A stretch of 64,000 bases of DNA from contig NC_042998.1 of the NCBI RefSeq assembly GCF_006345805.1, positions 5,084,001 to 5,148,000 on the forward strand, given 5' to 3'. The notes under the pieces are model-generated. The model ran no database searches and had not been told where the DNA came from. It was given only the letters and a program-made list of their open reading frames with translations. Shown here in pieces: positions 39,964 to 55,100 of the stretch. The stretch is from Octopus sinensis. Its lineage: Eukaryota. Numbering within the stretch: position 1 is the stretch's first letter; every line of letters begins with the position of its first letter. A program made the position numbers and the translations under genes.

Positions 39964-41247
39964 TTGTAAGTGTTAATACTTTATAGTTTTAAATTAGCTT
40001 TAATCGTAGCAAGGTCTTATAATAATAGTTAATTACAAGTATACTTTTATTAGTTCATATTTAATAAATTTAATGTTTCTATTAGTTACTGGTAAGTTTG
40101 CATTAAAACTTGTAAGGATAATATATATTGATGAGTATGTAGTGTTTTTGCTATTAACTTTTCAATTAGGAAATAATATATTTCACTCATAATTATTATA
40201 TTATTCGTTAAATTAAATTCAATCGTGTTTTGTTTTGGAGAAAATTGAAATAAAGCTTTCACTTTTTATATTATAGTAGTAACTATGGAAGACTGATGGG
40301 ATTATTATTTGTATGGACTTAAAGATTGGTCGCTATTTAGTATATAATTTAGTTATTGTATGTTTACTGTTAATACCGATACTATTGTGCATAGGGTAAA
40401 TGTGTTTGAAAGTTGTGGTTTTTTGTATGTTTGTTCTCAAACAACACGTATTTCAGTGCTTGTTGACACCGCCGGATTGAATGGTAGTGTCCAGGTGTCG
40501 AAACCATAATGATATCCGTGGGGCAGCTGATGATGGATGTATGTTGGATTGTTGGTATGGCTATTTTTGTATCTGTGGAATCCTTTTGAGATATACGTAT
40601 ATATGTGTGTGCACGCGCGCGCGTGTGTGTGTGTGTGTGCTTGCGTGCGTGTGTGTGTATCCGTATATCTTGTTTTATAAATTTTAGAAAATGTTTTATA
40701 AAAGATGAAGCAATGTTCACTGTTTTGATATCGCTTCTACTATAGGCACATGGCCTGAATTAATGGATTAAAAATTGCATCTTGAAATAGCGAGCTAAAT
40801 ATTTCCTCAGGGTGGGAATTAGACACAAAAAGAATCACATCATAAACGATCAGGTGATCATCAACAGACACAACATGTCAATAATGTGAGCGCGTGTGCA
40901 TGTTAGTATTTTAAAAAAACCTGTATAATCATGGCTTTTGGTTTTATTTATTTGTGCGCCGTGTGTTAAATTTACAATATTTTATATCGAAATATAACCA
41001 TATATATCGAAGTGTAATAACCATTAAACTCCGTAATATATTTATTGGTGACCACTTTAACCAATAAAAACCAATACTATTAAGTGATACTGGATTGCTG
41101 AACATTTCATCGATATATAACATTAAGCCGGTGAAGCTTGGATACTGACATCCATTTTTAAGAGGTATGTGTATCCTCAAAATGAATAAATAAATATATA
41201 CGTATATATATATATAAATATGTGTGTGTGTGTGTCTATATATTTAT

Positions 41248-41643
41248 TCTCTTACGCTTTTATTATTTTACTTGTTTCAGTCATTTGACTGCGGCCATGC
41301 TGGAGCACCATGGAGAAAGAACAAATTGACCCCAAGACTTGTTCTTTGTAAGCCTAGTACTTATTCTCTCGGTCTCTTTTGCCGAACAGTTATGTTACGG
41401 GGACCTAAACACCACCAAGATCGGTTGTCAATCGATGATGCGGGACAAACACAGACACAAATAACAAACACACACATATATATACGACGAGCTTCTTCCA
41501 GTTTCCGTCTACCAAATCCACTCACAAGGCTTCGGGCGGCCCGAGGTTATAGAAGACACTCGCTTAATGTGCCACGCAGTGGGGCTGAACCCGGAACTAT
41601 CTCGTTGGGAAGCAAGCTTATTACCACACCCACTCCTGCGCCT
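41248..41643 (-). mobile_element. SINE family A (more diverged)
   Basis: Same head, body and tail as the other A copies. Confidence 0.88.
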
Positions 41644-41649
41644 ATACTT

Positions 41650-41651
<2 letters not shown>

Positions 41652-41747
<96 letters not shown>

Positions 41748-41956
41748 ATATAATATATAATATATATATATAATATATATATATAATATTATAATATAAT
41801 ATATATATATATATATATTATATATATAATATATATATTAATATATATATATAATATATATTATTATATAATATATATATATTATATATTATATTATATA
41901 TATAATATATATATATCTATATATTATATTATATATAATATATATAATATATATAT
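41652..41956. repeat. AT-only degenerate (TA)n array
   Basis: Directly visible; a similar array lies at 42628-42855. Confidence 0.95.
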
Positions 41957-42261
41957 GGGTGTAAGTATTTCATTTATTTCTGTACCGCAGAAGAGAAGGT
42001 TCTTATGAACTAACTCTGAAATCGGGTCCAATATGGTAATAACGGGATTTTTTAGAAATTTCTGTCTATTTGTTTGAAACACGTGCTTGTAGTGACGAAT
42101 TATAATAGTTATTGACGTTGTGTCTATTTTTGGCATATTTTGGCATTAGAAATTTTTCTTTTTACTCTTACTTATAAATTGTTTATAAATTTAACCTTTA
42201 AAGGTACTTTTTTAATATGCTGACCATCGATAGAATTTTTCGAAACATTTTATCCTACATT

Positions 42262-42315
<54 letters not shown>

Positions 42316-42670
42316 ATAGACAGTTAACACTTAATTATCTTTTGATGTAATACACAAATTATCACTTTACATTGAATATTTAGCAACTAAAAGTTGCATT
42401 AAACCACCGTCATAACTCTTGTACAATCAGATTCTTCTCTCACTTTCCATTTATATTTGGTATATTCCCCCCACAAATCTGTAAAATCAGCTCATTAATG
42501 AACTAATAATCAACTAGAAAGTATTAAATATCAATGGCAATTATAACATACTCAGCCACATAAACTCTACACTTAATTAATTATTTTCGTTGCTTTTTAC
42601 ATTAGGTTAATATATCTTTATTAATCATTATATATATAATATATATACATATATATATATATACATATAC

Positions 42671-42717
<47 letters not shown>

Positions 42718-42726
42718 ATATATATA

Positions 42727-42856
<130 letters not shown>

Positions 42857-43667
42857 CGAGTATCACCTTTCTCTTTGCTATTGAAATTACCCTGCAACAC
42901 TTTATATTAGTTATAAAAATCAACTCTTTATCATTGTCACGTAATCCAAATATAAAATTTAACAGATTAGAAACAACGCTTTCCTTATTCTCCTATTTGG
43001 TAAGGAGTGTAAATTGCAATTGTTTCCCTTTAAAGCTATGTTTTCCTATATTCTGCTAAACGCGAAGTTAAAATAGCAGGTAGTGTTCAACCAAACAGTT
43101 GTATTCAAAATAATTCGAAAATATTATACCTCTAACCTACATATAGTAATTTTTCTCTTAGAAAACATATATATGCTTTTTGATATAATAGCTATTTCAT
43201 TACCTGTCTTTACAATAAATATTATATATACATACACACACACACGTACATACACACACACACACACATACACACGCACATACACACACACACACACTCA
43301 AGCTCACACTCATATTTATTGTTCTATTTCGGGACGGTCATTTTTTTGCCAAATGAACATACGCACTACGTATTCGTTTATTACTGTTCTTATTCTAACT
43401 CATGTCCTTTGTCCGGAAATCTTCCCTCACACATCTGCGACCTCATCAGTGTCACTTTCTGTTTTCCTGTGGGGTATTGCTCCTCTTAGGAATAGTGCAT
43501 GTGTTTATTTGCACCCTACCCCCCAGAAAATGACAATCCCGAAATACAAAGATATCTGTTTCAACACCACGACTTCAATTCAGGAATCGTGCAACTTAAT
43601 TCTTAAAAGTATATATATATATATACATACATATATATATATATATACATATACACATATATATATT

Positions 43668-43717
<50 letters not shown>

Positions 43718-43740
43718 TACATACATACATACATTATATA

Positions 43741-43778
<38 letters not shown>

Positions 43779-44247
43779 ATCGTTCCAATTTTAGTATATA
43801 TATATATAGAAACAGACGCATGTATACACACACAACAAACAAACTAGTTCATTAAAGCGGTATTTATACTGAGAAATACTGTTGAACGACACTTAAACGT
43901 GGGTGCACATTAAGAATAGACGATGCTGCTATTTCAGCCCCAGCTGAGTGCTTCCTCCAGATAGCTATTCAGGGCGCTTCCCTACTAGCCTAGGTTGGTG
44001 ACCACCATATTACGTGATCTTGATCTCTTTAGATCACCTTCAGTTATGGATGGTCATCTGCTAAACATAGCAGGAGTAAACCCACCTCAAAATATATAGA
44101 AAAATAAGTAAGACAAAAAAAATTATGTTCGTCGCCTGCACACATCTTTGCCTGTATACATTCAGTGAAATTTTACAGAGCGTTGTACAGTTATTGAGTG
44201 CTATTTCCAGCATACTTTGGTGCCTTATTGTGCCACTATTTCCTATA

Positions 44248-44289
<42 letters not shown>

Positions 44290-44291
<2 letters not shown>

Positions 44292-44530
44292 CTTAATAGG
44301 CAATAATCTTGTAGCTCTGCGTCGGCAAGTCTTGAAAAATATAGAAAGAAAGCGAAAGCGGTACGGTGAACGTTGCCAAGAGGAGTGGAATATCCAACGT
44401 TTCGGATTCAATCCTTCACCAGGAGGTAGAGAAAAAGAGAAGAATACGAGAAGAAAGTCAAACAGAGCACATACAAGGATGAATGTTAGGCGACTATCAT
44501 CTGACAAGATGAAACGATCATCACGTGTGT
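44290..44530 (-). mobile_element. Penelope-type short repeat with degenerate hammerhead core
   Basis: Minus strand at ~44390-44422 reads CTGGTGAA-ggat tga atcc-GAAA-cgttgg; follows a (TG)n tract. Confidence 0.55.
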
Positions 44531-45489
44531 ATGTCTTTATGGACGGATAGATGGATGGACAAAAGGATGTATTTTGCTATTCATTATATTAACCAATAAA
44601 GAATAGTAGGTTGCTAAGCGCTGGGTGTTCTTAAGCATGAAAATTGAATGCAAGTGTAGATGTAAATGCACGTACACACACAGGTACTATTTATTAATAT
44701 ATTTATACATGCACATGCAGCTTCATATGTAAAGACAAGGTGAGCGAAGAAAGGAATATTTTTTACTGACAAATAAATTCCTGGTGAGCGATATGCATGA
44801 TGTTATAATAACATCATTTATAGTATAATAACATATCCGAAAAACCAAGGAACCTGTTAACCATGAAAGCATAACAGATTGCAGCAAGTCAGTTTATTCT
44901 CAAAAATACAAACAATTGCTACTCTATCAATCAGGAAACACATTCAGCTTACGTCTTCGAAATGAATTCTGATATTTTCATAAATGTTTTCATAATAATG
45001 TGTATCTTGAAGTATGGAATGACGAGAGTTACTTCTGTATTATTTCTTTAATATATATTTATTTTTGGTATTGATAGTGTGAGTCGATCCAGTGTTGTGC
45101 ACGTTATTTGTGTTTATATGAATGTTATTAGACATATAAATGCATTTGTCAATACAAGGTAACATGAATGTGAATATAACATGTTTATGAATATACAATT
45201 CTTAGATGATTTGGCTTTACTGACGGTGACGCTATCAAAGACGTCATCTGAGAGTGAGTGCGTTCGTCTGTTAGAAAATCGATTCCAGTTCCACTTGTGA
45301 ATCGACATGGTTGTATGTATACACATACATATAAATACACGCGTCTAAGTGCAAATACATACATGATATTACACTGCATGTATGTGTATGCATTTATGAA
45401 TATGTATGAATGTATATACACTGCATTACATTACATTTAATTGCAGATGCATACATAATATACACTGCGTAGTTATGCTAATAATTGTG

Positions 45490-45521
<32 letters not shown>

Positions 45522-45556
45522 CATAATCATAATAGTGATGATGATGATGAAGATAA

Positions 45557-45770
45557 TTTTCATACTCTAGGCACAAGGCCCAAAATTTTAGGGGAAGGGG
45601 GACAGTCCATTAGATCGACCCCAGTATGCAAATGGTACTTAATTTATCGGCCCCGTAAGGATGAAAGGCAAAGTCGACTTCGGCAGAATTTTAACACAGA
45701 ACGTAAAGACAGACAAATTACCGCTAATCATTTCACCCGTTATGCTAACGTTTATCCCAGCTGACCACCT
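45557..45770 (-). mobile_element. SINE family C, tail C2, within (TAA)n/(TGA)n
   Basis: Tail tactctaggcacaaggcccaaaatttt plus the family C core and head. Confidence 0.88.
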
Positions 45771-45890
45771 TGATAATAATAATGATAATAATAATAATAA
45801 CAACAGCAACAACACAACAACAATAATAATAATAATAATATTGATAATAATGATAATAATGATGATGATGGTGATGATGATGATGATGAT

Positions 45891-46095
45891 GTAGTACCAG
45901 GCAGTGGCTCTCATGGCTTCTGATCTTAACTGGAAGTGTTATCATGTACATTGTTTTGTCTTGGTATAAAAGATGGGCTACAGCAAATATTCTGCTCAAT
46001 ACCACAGATTTTCTTGTCAGTTGTTTGACCATAACAAGTTGAGCATGTCCCTTAGTGGCTGACAATATGTGCATCTCTGATCATGAGCAGAAGTG
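45891..46095. repeat. Interspersed repeat fragment, probable LINE UTR
   Basis: Discrete GC-balanced block abutting (TGA)n; recalled as a common octopus repeat but not verified. Confidence 0.4.
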
Positions 46096-46730
46096 GAAAA
46101 GAAGGAAGTGGTAATAGAAGAGGAGGTAGAGGAGGCAATCATGTGAATCATGTGAAAGAACTCGGGAGGTTGGGCCTCTCTATATATACTTTATTAATAA
46201 AGTTGTTACTCAGAGTTGCACGTTCCCGTTCGTCGAACAGTGCACACATATAATGCTCACACACGCACGCACACGCACATATATATACATACATACATAG
46301 AAACACACACACATATGTATATATATATGTGTGTGTATGTATGCATACATGTATGTATATAAATAGGGTTTTAATTTGTTTAAACCAAAATCACGTGATG
46401 TATCAGAAATAATACAAGCAAATAATTTGACCTTTCACCGTATACTTCAATAATAGGGGTTTAGTATCCCTTCGGAGAACTGGAACTGTGTTCTGAGAAG
46501 TCAGTTCACAATAACATGTCTCCGAAGATTTCCAGAAGTATGAGTCCATTCTCCGAAATACTTAAACACAAGGCAAACGTACAAACCATTAAATTGTATT
46601 TTTCTTATAACTCGTTTTGTTTTGGCATTAAAAATTTTAAGGGCATTTATTTATATCACATATTGTACATTAATATCTGTGTTAGATATGGATGTATAAA
46701 TATCTATGTGTATATATGTATATATATTTA

Positions 46731-47032
46731 GAAGCACTCCGTCGTTTAAGACGACGAGGGCCCCAGCTGCCGATACGATCAGCAGAACAGCTTCCGCGTG
46801 AAACTAACGTACAAGTGGCTGAGCGATCTACAGACACGTGTACCCTTAACGTAGTTCTCAGGGAGATTCAGCGAGACAGTGTGACAAGACTGGCCCTTTC
46901 AAATACAGGTACTATTCATATTTACCTGCTGAGTGAACTGGAGTAACGTGAAATAAAATGTCTAGCTCAAGGACACAACGCGACCTTATTATCATGAGCC
47001 GAATGCCCCAACCACTAAGCCACGCGCCTTCA
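46731..47032 (-). mobile_element. SINE with family D head/core and tail T1
   Basis: Head and core resemble 30220-30330; the tail gtacctgtatttgaaagggccagtcttgtcac...gacggagtgct matches 1198-1380. Confidence 0.88.
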
Positions 47033-47036
47033 CTAT

Positions 47037-47268
47037 TACTCTTTTACTCTTTTACTTGTTTCAGTCATTTGACTGCGGCCGTGCTGGGGCACCGCCTTTA
47101 GTCGAGCAAATTGACCCCGGGACTTATTCTTTGTAAGCCCAGTACATATTCTATCGGTCTCTTTTGCCGAACCGCTAAGTGACGGGAACGTAAACACACC
47201 AGCATCGGTTGTCAAGCAATGCTAGGGGGACAAACACAGACACACAAACTTATACACACACACACACT

Positions 47269-47300
<32 letters not shown>

Positions 47301-47465
47301 TACGACAGGCTTCTTTCAGTTTCCGTCTACCAAATCCACTCACAAGACATTGGTCGGCCCGGGGCTATAGCAGAAGACACTTGCACAAGATGCCACGCAG
47401 TGGGACTGAACCCGGAACCATGTGGTTGGTTAGCAAGCTACTTACCACACAGCCACTCCTGCGCC
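47037..47465 (-). mobile_element. SINE family A, full length
   Basis: Reverse complement of 55101-55517. Confidence 0.93.
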
Positions 47466-48346
47466 TACGTTTCTATATATTACATAGACACATGTGACAA
47501 GTACGATAACCACATGACATTTTTCAGAGACCGAGCGGAATGTGCTGAACAAATTCTACAAATAGAGGATATATATATTTGGTATTATTTTCAATATTCG
47601 ATATTCATATAGCAGCCACCCAACGAACATACTTCTAACGGAATAAGACGTGCATAACCATCCCGTGGTTAAAATTATTTATAGGCTATTTTTTTAATAA
47701 AAAATCTTACTGCACATTGGATTCTTCTTCAATGACACAATTTATAACTCAAATAAAACTTACCAGATTAAATTTGGTTTTACCCATATTTTGTTTAGCA
47801 TTTTAGAAAAGTATTGCTTGGTATCCCAATTGCTCCCGGTTAAAAGTATATTGTTTGAATTTTTTTATCGCTGAAACAGCTCTCTGGTGTAATCAATTAA
47901 CGCAAACATTGATATCAATCCTTATATTGCAAATGAATTGTGGTATATTGACACTATTTATGAAGAAGTTATGTTTGAGTCTGTGAATGTATGCAAACGT
48001 TTCTCATTTTGATTAGATTTATATTGTTTGCTTTGATCAGATATATAGTTTCAGGCACCGTGAATGACAAAACAAAATTGGTTATCTTATGTTTACTGCT
48101 ATCCATACAATCAACTTTTTACAGAGAGAGAATATTTCTGTGTTTATATATATATATAGTATATGTACTTAACAGCAGTATCAACAAACACTACGAAATA
48201 TTTATTCAGGAATCTCAAAAAAATATTTAATATGTACTTACCAATCATATATTTTCTCTCCCTAACATGCAGGCAATCAATGTGCTCAATGCAGAACTAT
48301 TCAAAATACATGCGAATATATATGTATAATTATGCATGTATGTATG

Positions 48347-48385
<39 letters not shown>

Positions 48386-48424
48386 TATATATATCTGTGG
48401 GGGGGGATGAGCGCATGTGTGTGT

Positions 48425-48454
48425 ATATAGATAAAGATAGAAAGATAGATTGAT

Positions 48455-48497
<43 letters not shown>

Positions 48498-48586
48498 TAG
48501 ACAGACAGAAAGATAGACAGACAGATAGACATATAGATAGATAGAAAGATAGATAGAAAGATATACAGATAGACATATAGATAGAT

Positions 48587-48617
<31 letters not shown>

Positions 48618-48752
48618 GAGAGAGATAGATAGAAAGATAGATAGAGATAGATAGACAGATAGACATATAGATAGAGAGAGAGATAGATAGAAAGATAGAT
48701 AGAGATAGATAGACAGATAGACATATAGATAGATAGATAGATAGATAGATAG
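48425..48752. repeat. (AGAT)n/(AGAC)n compound microsatellite
   Basis: Directly visible; a purer (AGAT)n tract lies at 62950-63068. Confidence 0.95.
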
Positions 48753-49416
48753 CTGCATGTATGCATACAATTTTATTTATTTTGTATGTTTATGTATGGA
48801 AGCATATGTGTGTGTTTGTAGATGTGTGTTTATGTGTGTGATTTTGTGTGTATGTGTGTTTGTGAGTGTGCATGTGTGAACGTTATTTTCTGTATGTATG
48901 ACATTGGAGCAAAATGTATCCTGTGTATGATAAATGTATGAACACAATGTCCTTCTATCTGAAGCGTAATATTACTTTCTTTCTAATAGATGTATAACAA
49001 AACACTACATTAATTCTTATATATCTATTTATTTCTCGGCTCCACCTATTTTTCTTATTTTAAATCCGTACTTAATGCAATATGTTGAGTTCTGTTTTCC
49101 ATCAACGATGTAATCAAAATTTATAAAGAGCTTCTGAGATTTATTCGTGACATTCCTCCCCCTCCCCGTCAGCGATGCTTCGTGATTTTATTTCTTGACA
49201 GGCGATTATTATCAGTATCTGAAATAACTTATGTAGTATATTAGTTTCATTTAATTAATATCTGCCATAGGACAGCGCTATACTGACGCTGATGTTACTA
49301 CAAGAACAACGAAAACAACAACAGCAACAACCACTACTACTACTACTACTGCTGCTGGTTCTGCTGCTTGTGCTGGTGCTGCCCATGAATGCTTATCATA
49401 TATATATATATATATA

Positions 49417-49692
49417 CAATTGCAACGTGAAAGGTGTTTTTAAGTCATTTAAGAAACATACAAAAACCGTTAGATGCACTAATTCCGTGCTGCATCACGG
49501 GATTTTGTCAGTGAACAGGTCGCGGTCTCAAAGCGACCAAAATATTTTAGCAAATTAAATTTAAATGTTGAAGTGAATCTAATGGTTTTTGTGTGTATCT
49601 TAAATGGGTTATAAACGCCTTCCACGCTGCAATTGTTTTCGTTCCAGCACACGATCTCAGATCAGGTCACTTGCTATGCAAGTACATATCCG

Positions 49693-49695
<3 letters not shown>
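49417..49695. mobile_element. Short inverted-repeat element between (TA)n tracts
   Basis: aattgcaacgtgaaaggtgtttt...aaaaaccgttagatgcact is mirrored by agtgaatctaatggttttt...aaacgccttccacgctgcaatt (~60-bp arms). Confidence 0.7.
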
Positions 49696-49765
<70 letters not shown>

Positions 49766-50019
49766 TGATAAATCATTAATTGTTTCGAACAGACTTTTCA
49801 CTTGTTGGTCAGAAATTAGTTTCGGATACGTCGCTGAAATGTTCTTGTAGATCAAGTAACCAAGGCGCAGGATTTCAAACGGAACTTAATTTATTTTCGT
49901 AACGTTAAGTATCCCACTTCCTGTTTATTGCGAAGAAAATGTGTGCTCAATGATCTCTATATTTTCTATTATTCTTTTTTTATATATCTATAGGATCTTA
50001 AATGTGCAATTGCATCGTT

Positions 50020-50850
50020 TCAGTATAGCCTTTTTTTAGTTTTAACTTTGTTATCTTCATACAAGCTTCTTTGAGCCCTCAGGAAAACATTGTCAACTGA
50101 AATGAGCCACATATGTTGTGCTTTCTTCACTTCTTGATCAGTGGAGGTTTGACAGCTTTCTTAATTCGTTATTTAGTGAAGCAAAAAATAATGGTTTCGA
50201 ACAATTTCGATGAAAGGAGTAAGTCGATTACATCGACCTCAGTACCCGACTGCTATTTATTTTATCCACCCTGAAACGATTAACGGTAAAGTCAACCTCG
50301 GCGGAATTTGAACTCAGAACGTGAAGGACGGGCGAAACGCTGCTAAGCATTATATCCGGTGTGCTAACGATTCTGCCAGCTAGCCGCCGTGGTAAAGCAA
50401 ATAATGATGTGAACACAAACATGAATGGGTGCGCAGTTTTACTGCAGTGCAATTCCATTTGATGGTACACCTCGGTGTTTGCTGGAACCGTAAGTTTTGC
50501 CTCTTCAGGCAGCTTGCTGGAGAAAGCAGTATTAATTCTCGGGTCCCTCTCTTGGTATGACTCTAGTATCGGTCCTCGTGACTCCCACAAAAACAGTTAG
50601 CTTCCTTTCTCGTATTGCTCTTTAAGTTTTCAACTATTTCCAGACAAGCAATTGCAGATGATTAAATTCCATGCTTCATAAAGCATTTAAATTCTGGTTC
50701 GTATCTATGTTTCACTTTCGTCTCCAACAAATAAGATGTTTAGCAAGAAAATGTCTGTCGTCGGCCAATCACAAATTGCAAGTGTTTAATCTTCATCCTT
50801 TTCTTTTCACGTATTTCCGGTTAAATATTGATAACTCATCAATTTAAGGT
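50020..50850 (-). pseudogene. Tc1/mariner transposase remnants interrupted by a SINE
   Basis: ANTEVYHQM and Q*NCAPIH (QQDNAPxH-like) at ~50420-50485; STDQEVKKAQHMWL (mariner C-terminus-like) at ~50100-50150. Confidence 0.5.
50215..50388 (-). mobile_element. SINE family C copy
   Basis: aagtcaacctcggcggaatttgaactcagaacg...gtgctaacgattctgccagct. Confidence 0.85.
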
Positions 50851-53449
50851 TTTTATCCTGCCTGCGTAATTCGGAGCAGAGTAGAAGTAATAATATCAGC
50901 ATTTTCGCGCAACCACAATGACTTTGCTTTAACCGAGTGAACCATCCATACTTAGTAATGTCTTTTAGTGAAATTCTTAGCAGTAAGAATTTTGAATCCA
51001 GACAATTAAAGCATTATTTCTACCTCATTTTTTTTATGCAGCGGGATTGGGGGAATTTTGGTATCGGTTAAAACAAAGTATTATCATACTTATATATTTG
51101 GACTAGTATCCTCATGTTGGTTGCTATAACCACAACGTCTCGGCTGTTGAAGTTTTGGGGCTTTTTTTGGGTACCTATGGTGCTCAGTTACGTTTTTTCT
51201 TTGCAGAGGTGAATATGTGTGTGTGTGTGCATTTACGTGTGTGTGTGTGTGCATTTACGTGTGTGTGTGTGTATTTGTGTGTGTGTGTATGTACCTATTT
51301 CTTTCTGTTATTTATATCATTAGTTATTACATGTCAGTGATAGGAGCTACATCATAAATCCTCGTGTATTCTCTTGTAAGAGTATATTCCATGTTCTTAT
51401 TTTTATATTACTAGGTATTTATTTCATCTGAGATATTGTACAGGTTTTTGGTTCTTTTTGTTTTACATTTTCCCATATTTTTTTGCATCTTTATGCTATT
51501 CATTTTATTTTCTTCCATCTCTAGTTTAGCTTTTTATTCTATGCTGAACTTTCCACCTTTCGCTTTTTCTTTTTTTTTCTATACAAGTCACTCCGTCTAT
51601 ATTTTTATACATTCACAATCTTTCTCTTGCCATATAACATGTCATTCTCTCTTTACATGTAATGATGTCTTTCATACTATTCTCATCATTTATTTATTTG
51701 CCACGCTGGAGAATCTCTTTCGGACCTCTCTTTATTATTAACTCTACTATTTCTATGGTTGTTTTCCCGAATGCACTCTATGCTTAAAACATACCCAGTC
51801 TTTGGAACAAATCACTAGTTTATGGCGCTTTAACCAGATTCTTGTGGAACACCTTCTATCCGACGACTCCTACTCTGCTTTCCATTTCACAGGAAATCTA
51901 TATGATTCTTTTTATTCTGTTTAATTTTCCACTTTGCTTGCAAGTCAAAAAATGTATTAACAACGTTTTTGTCTGATATAAATGATTATATTTTTTCAGA
52001 GAATAACGAGTTATTTAACCTGCTATTTTTTACAATTAAACTCTACGCCTACGTTTTTGTTTCTTGATCTTATTAGCTTTACTAGAATTTCATTAGTTAA
52101 TGATATCTGGGAGCCAGACAGAAAATATAATTTCTTACGACACTTCCGTTCCCGTAACATTGTACTTTGCGCACTCTTATTTCTTATAGTAATGTTATGG
52201 GGTATACCCGATTGATATGTAATCTGATAGTTTTATTCTAAAAATCCTGCCAAGAATTGAATTTCACATCATCGAGCACTTCTAATGTTGTTCTTATATA
52301 AAGAAAACTTTATATGATTACTTGACCTACAAAAACAATCAACGGAAGGAGATATTAGCTAAGCTTCTGCATGCAATGTGTCTTAAGATAGAAACAAAAA
52401 AAGCAAGCCTTAAACAACCATTAAATAAGTACATGCTGACACAAAATAAATCATAAATAATGACTTCCGTTTTCTCATTTAAACTTCATTTCTACCTTGA
52501 AAAGTCATATCTATCAAAACACACATTTAACTAAATAAATGTGATCGAATTAATACGTATCATTAATGGCTGCACATGATCTGTTCAGATAAATTTCTAG
52601 TAGTCATAAAAGCACTTGATCTATTCAAATTGTTTTACCCTAAATATGATGCATCGATCACGTAAATACGCATGGCAAGTGGGAGTATAATTCCTATTCG
52701 ATATAATTATTGATATAAAGTTTTTTTTTTATTTACTCAGTCTGTTTTCATACATGTGAATGAAAAAAATTCCCTCTATTTATTTTTCATGGCACATTGA
52801 TTAAATTCTATTTCTTTCCCAATAAAGCGAACTCATTTCCATCTGGAGCTTAATTTAGTCCAGAAATCATTGTAGTACAATGTGCATATAATGCAGATAT
52901 ATTTTTCTTTAAACTTCTCCCGTATGTTAGAGTTTTTAAACTATTCACCCTGCTTATCGTACTAATGGTGTTGAAGTTTTCCAATCCATGTCTGACAAAC
53001 ACGTAGTCAAGTCAGAAATAGTTTGCTGTGTATTTGTTTGTTTCTAACAGCACAACACATGTAACATTCAATAAGTAATAGGTTAATATTTTCCAGTTAT
53101 ACTTTTGGTTGCCTCTGGCTTTAGAATATGAGGGACGAGTATGTAGTATACTACATTAATTTTTATGTATATGTATGAGTGAGAAATTAAATTAGGAGTA
53201 TTTAGTTATCATCGAGCAGTATAGAATTGCAGTAGTTTATTTTACATCACTTATTGTATTATCCATCTTTACTTTTACTAAGACCTGGCTTCTTAAAGAT
53301 TTCATTAAATTTTAAATAGAAGATTTATTATTCCGTATTAATTACCACACGGTGTCACCTTTATCATTATTATCTTCATTACTGTCAATTACATTTTGCT
53401 GGTAATGATTTCTTACATTGGTGCAGGGGAAGATCTTATTGTATTGAAA

Positions 53450-53800
53450 CGACTTCAATAAATGGCTGATATTTACTTCATCGCCTACGGATAAAGATAA
53501 ATGATAAGGCAGCAGTATTTAAGTGCGTTACATAGAAGAGCTGAACTAATGGAACTAAATTCGGACTGTTTCTATCAATAATATAAGCCATGTCACCAGA
53601 TAAACAATGCGACGAAGCTATGTAGGACACGTTCTCAGAAGATATGGGGCAAAGCATTTTATCACTGTATATAAGTAGTTATTTAAATATTCAAGAACGA
53701 ATTAAAGACCAAAATACAGTCTGGGGAAAAACAGTTCGAATTAAATCTGAAAGCCAAGGTATGGCTCAGAATAAGAGGAATTGTTCAGAAAGCATAGCGA
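53450..53800 (+). pseudogene. Possible RTE-LINE C-terminal remnant
   Basis: RRSYVGHVLRR at ~53608-53642 resembles the RTE motif RLxWxGHVxR. Confidence 0.35.
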
Positions 53801-55100
53801 ACTTACATAGGCAATAGCATGAAAGATACTAAGCTTAACTATTTTCTACCATTTCTGCTATTATTCTGCCACCAGAATATTTTATAACTTGATGTGTATG
53901 ATATAATCATGTAAGAATTAGTGGAAAGTAAACACAAGGTGCAATAATCCGTATACCAGTAATTTGCAACACAGGAACATCTCACTTGGAAGTGAGCGAC
54001 CAGTTGTTTGCTAGCTTTTTACGACTACGGTGAAGATGATGAAATTCATGCACAATTAAAACTTATATGCCAAATTACATTAGGCGGATAATGGAATAAT
54101 CAACCCTTTTAATGAATAAAATGATAATGAAAATTCAAAACTCGGTTAATTTTTTTTAATGATTGTAGAAATTTCGTTACACTTCTTGATCATGAAAACA
54201 AATTTAATTTAAAGCTATCAACAGACATTATTCAGACATATTTGGTGCAGAATGTCAATAAGATTTGTCTCGTGCATAAAGCTATCAGAACTTATATAGA
54301 GATCGGTTTACTCATTATATTAATAAACTACTTCGTGCTACATTTCATTGTTTTGCACAATGTACTCGCAGTGCAATACGGAAATCATGAATAAAGGAAT
54401 ATATTTATGTGATTATAATGACTGTAAGTGTAACCAACTGTTCAAATGCATACCAAAGAAAATGATGGGAAAATCTTTCAGGATATTTACTGTCACAGCT
54501 CTATTGTAAATACAGTAGATATAGCAGACCCATTTGGAACCCAGAATGAATAACAGCAAACATGACAAACGAGAACACACAAAAATGAACGATTGACTTT
54601 CTCAACAAACGAATATGATTGTATATAAAAGTTCACGCGAGGTCAATTGTTTACTACCCTATTAGTATTGCTGGCTCTGGTCATAAAATATATTTTAGTT
54701 AATTAGAAGATATAGACAATCATAATTTCAAGTTTTCTTAGCCCTTTCTAGAGACCAAATATGTCGAGTTACATTTGCGTTACTGTTTCGCAAGTTAACC
54801 CTGAATGAGCAGAATTATAACCACCGAAACAGCTATGTGTATTGATGCAAAGCTATATTATGTACGGTATATCGTGGTTTGCAGTGGTAATTTGTTTGTG
54901 ATACAGTGTTGTCCATCTGTACATATAGTGCTCTCAGTATATCCAATCTGTTTCTGTTTGTTTATAGAATGTGATCGGGTCATAATGTAGTATGTCAAAG
55001 AGAAGAACGTCTGAATATACCAGCTACCCTTCCTATTCACTTATTTTTGGTACCCAACATTCTAGCACATTCTTTATAATATAATAAGGTTATTAATAAA

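Noticed and set aside
43083-43847. Longest ORF in the track (254 aa)
   Set aside because: Non-ATG start, stitched through CA/TA microsatellites, no recognisable domain.
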